Positions 42,302 to 42,437 of a stretch of DNA of 42,437 nt are shown one piece after another (position 1 is the first letter of the stretch; every line of letters begins with the position of its first letter). Source of the stretch: an uncultured Verrucomicrobiota bacterium. GTDB taxonomy: Bacteria; Verrucomicrobiota; Verrucomicrobiia; Limisphaerales; CAZKNW01. The stretch spans positions 1-42,437 of the forward strand of contig CAZKNW010000001.1 in NCBI GenBank assembly GCA_964554035.1, read 5' to 3'. Under the pieces are notes generated by a model, which saw only the letters and a program-made list of their open reading frames with translations, was not told where the DNA came from and did not search any database. A program made the position numbers and the translations under genes.

Positions 42302-42437
42302 GGGGGTGCCGATGATGGACCCTTCGTGGGTGAGATCGATGGCTCGCGTTTCAGCGGATGCCGGAGCCGTTTCGTCCTGGGTATATGAGGGCTCCTGCTC
42401 TTCGCCGAGGAATTTGGCCAGTCCCCAGTCCATCAGC
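42302..42437 (-). pseudogene. Upstream catalytic-domain fragment of the same kinase (5' end beyond the window), separated by an in-frame TAG
   Basis: In the same frame as 39674..42295 it translates to LMDWGLAKFLGEEQEPSYTQDETAPASAETRAIDLTHEGSIIGTP. This is a DFG-equivalent DWG, an activation loop, and GTP. The next codon, 42299-42301, is TAG. Confidence 0.7.

Overview
This 42.4-kb window looks like chromosomal DNA from a PVC-superphylum bacterium (Verrucomicrobiota or Planctomycetota). That assignment is inferred from gene content only: a DUF1552/DUF1592 pair, LamG/DUF1080-like secreted proteins, very many sulfatases and a WD40 Ser/Thr kinase. The window is a dense sulfatase island. It holds nine Cys-type (C-x-P-x-R) sulfatases, almost all with signal peptides, mixed with a GH5 glycosidase, a GxSQGG esterase, a serine hydrolase, three LamG-like proteins, a PQQ-type beta-propeller and a secreted TIM-barrel protein. 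Regulators are a PAS-AraC protein and an ECF sigma factor with a cupin anti-sigma factor. Other genes are yggS, tRNA-Gln(UUG), a class III aminotransferase, a sulfotransferase, and a TPR-DUF1552-DUF1592 operon. I found no CRISPR array, transposase, integrase, prophage or recognisable defence system.

The most unusual signal is non-coding. A modular, highly structured repeat of about 200-370 bp occurs four times (2896-3163, 3209-3401, 7728-8049, 22600-22966). All copies lie in the same orientation and only in gaps between convergent genes. One module is a long hairpin enclosing the perfect 20-bp palindrome TTGAAATGCATGCATTTCAA. The other is a REPIN-like pair of inverted GC hairpins bounded by GTAG and CTAC.

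Other notable points:
- An in-frame TAG sits inside the kinase P+1 loop (GTP-stop-FMPPEQ).
- Sulfatase genes are repeatedly coupled tightly to LamG-like genes.
- A 36-bp perfect AT-rich palindrome lies next to the tRNA.
- Helically phased short repeats lie between the AraC gene and a sulfatase gene.

All family calls rest on motifs read by eye. No database search, folding calculation or copy-number count was possible.
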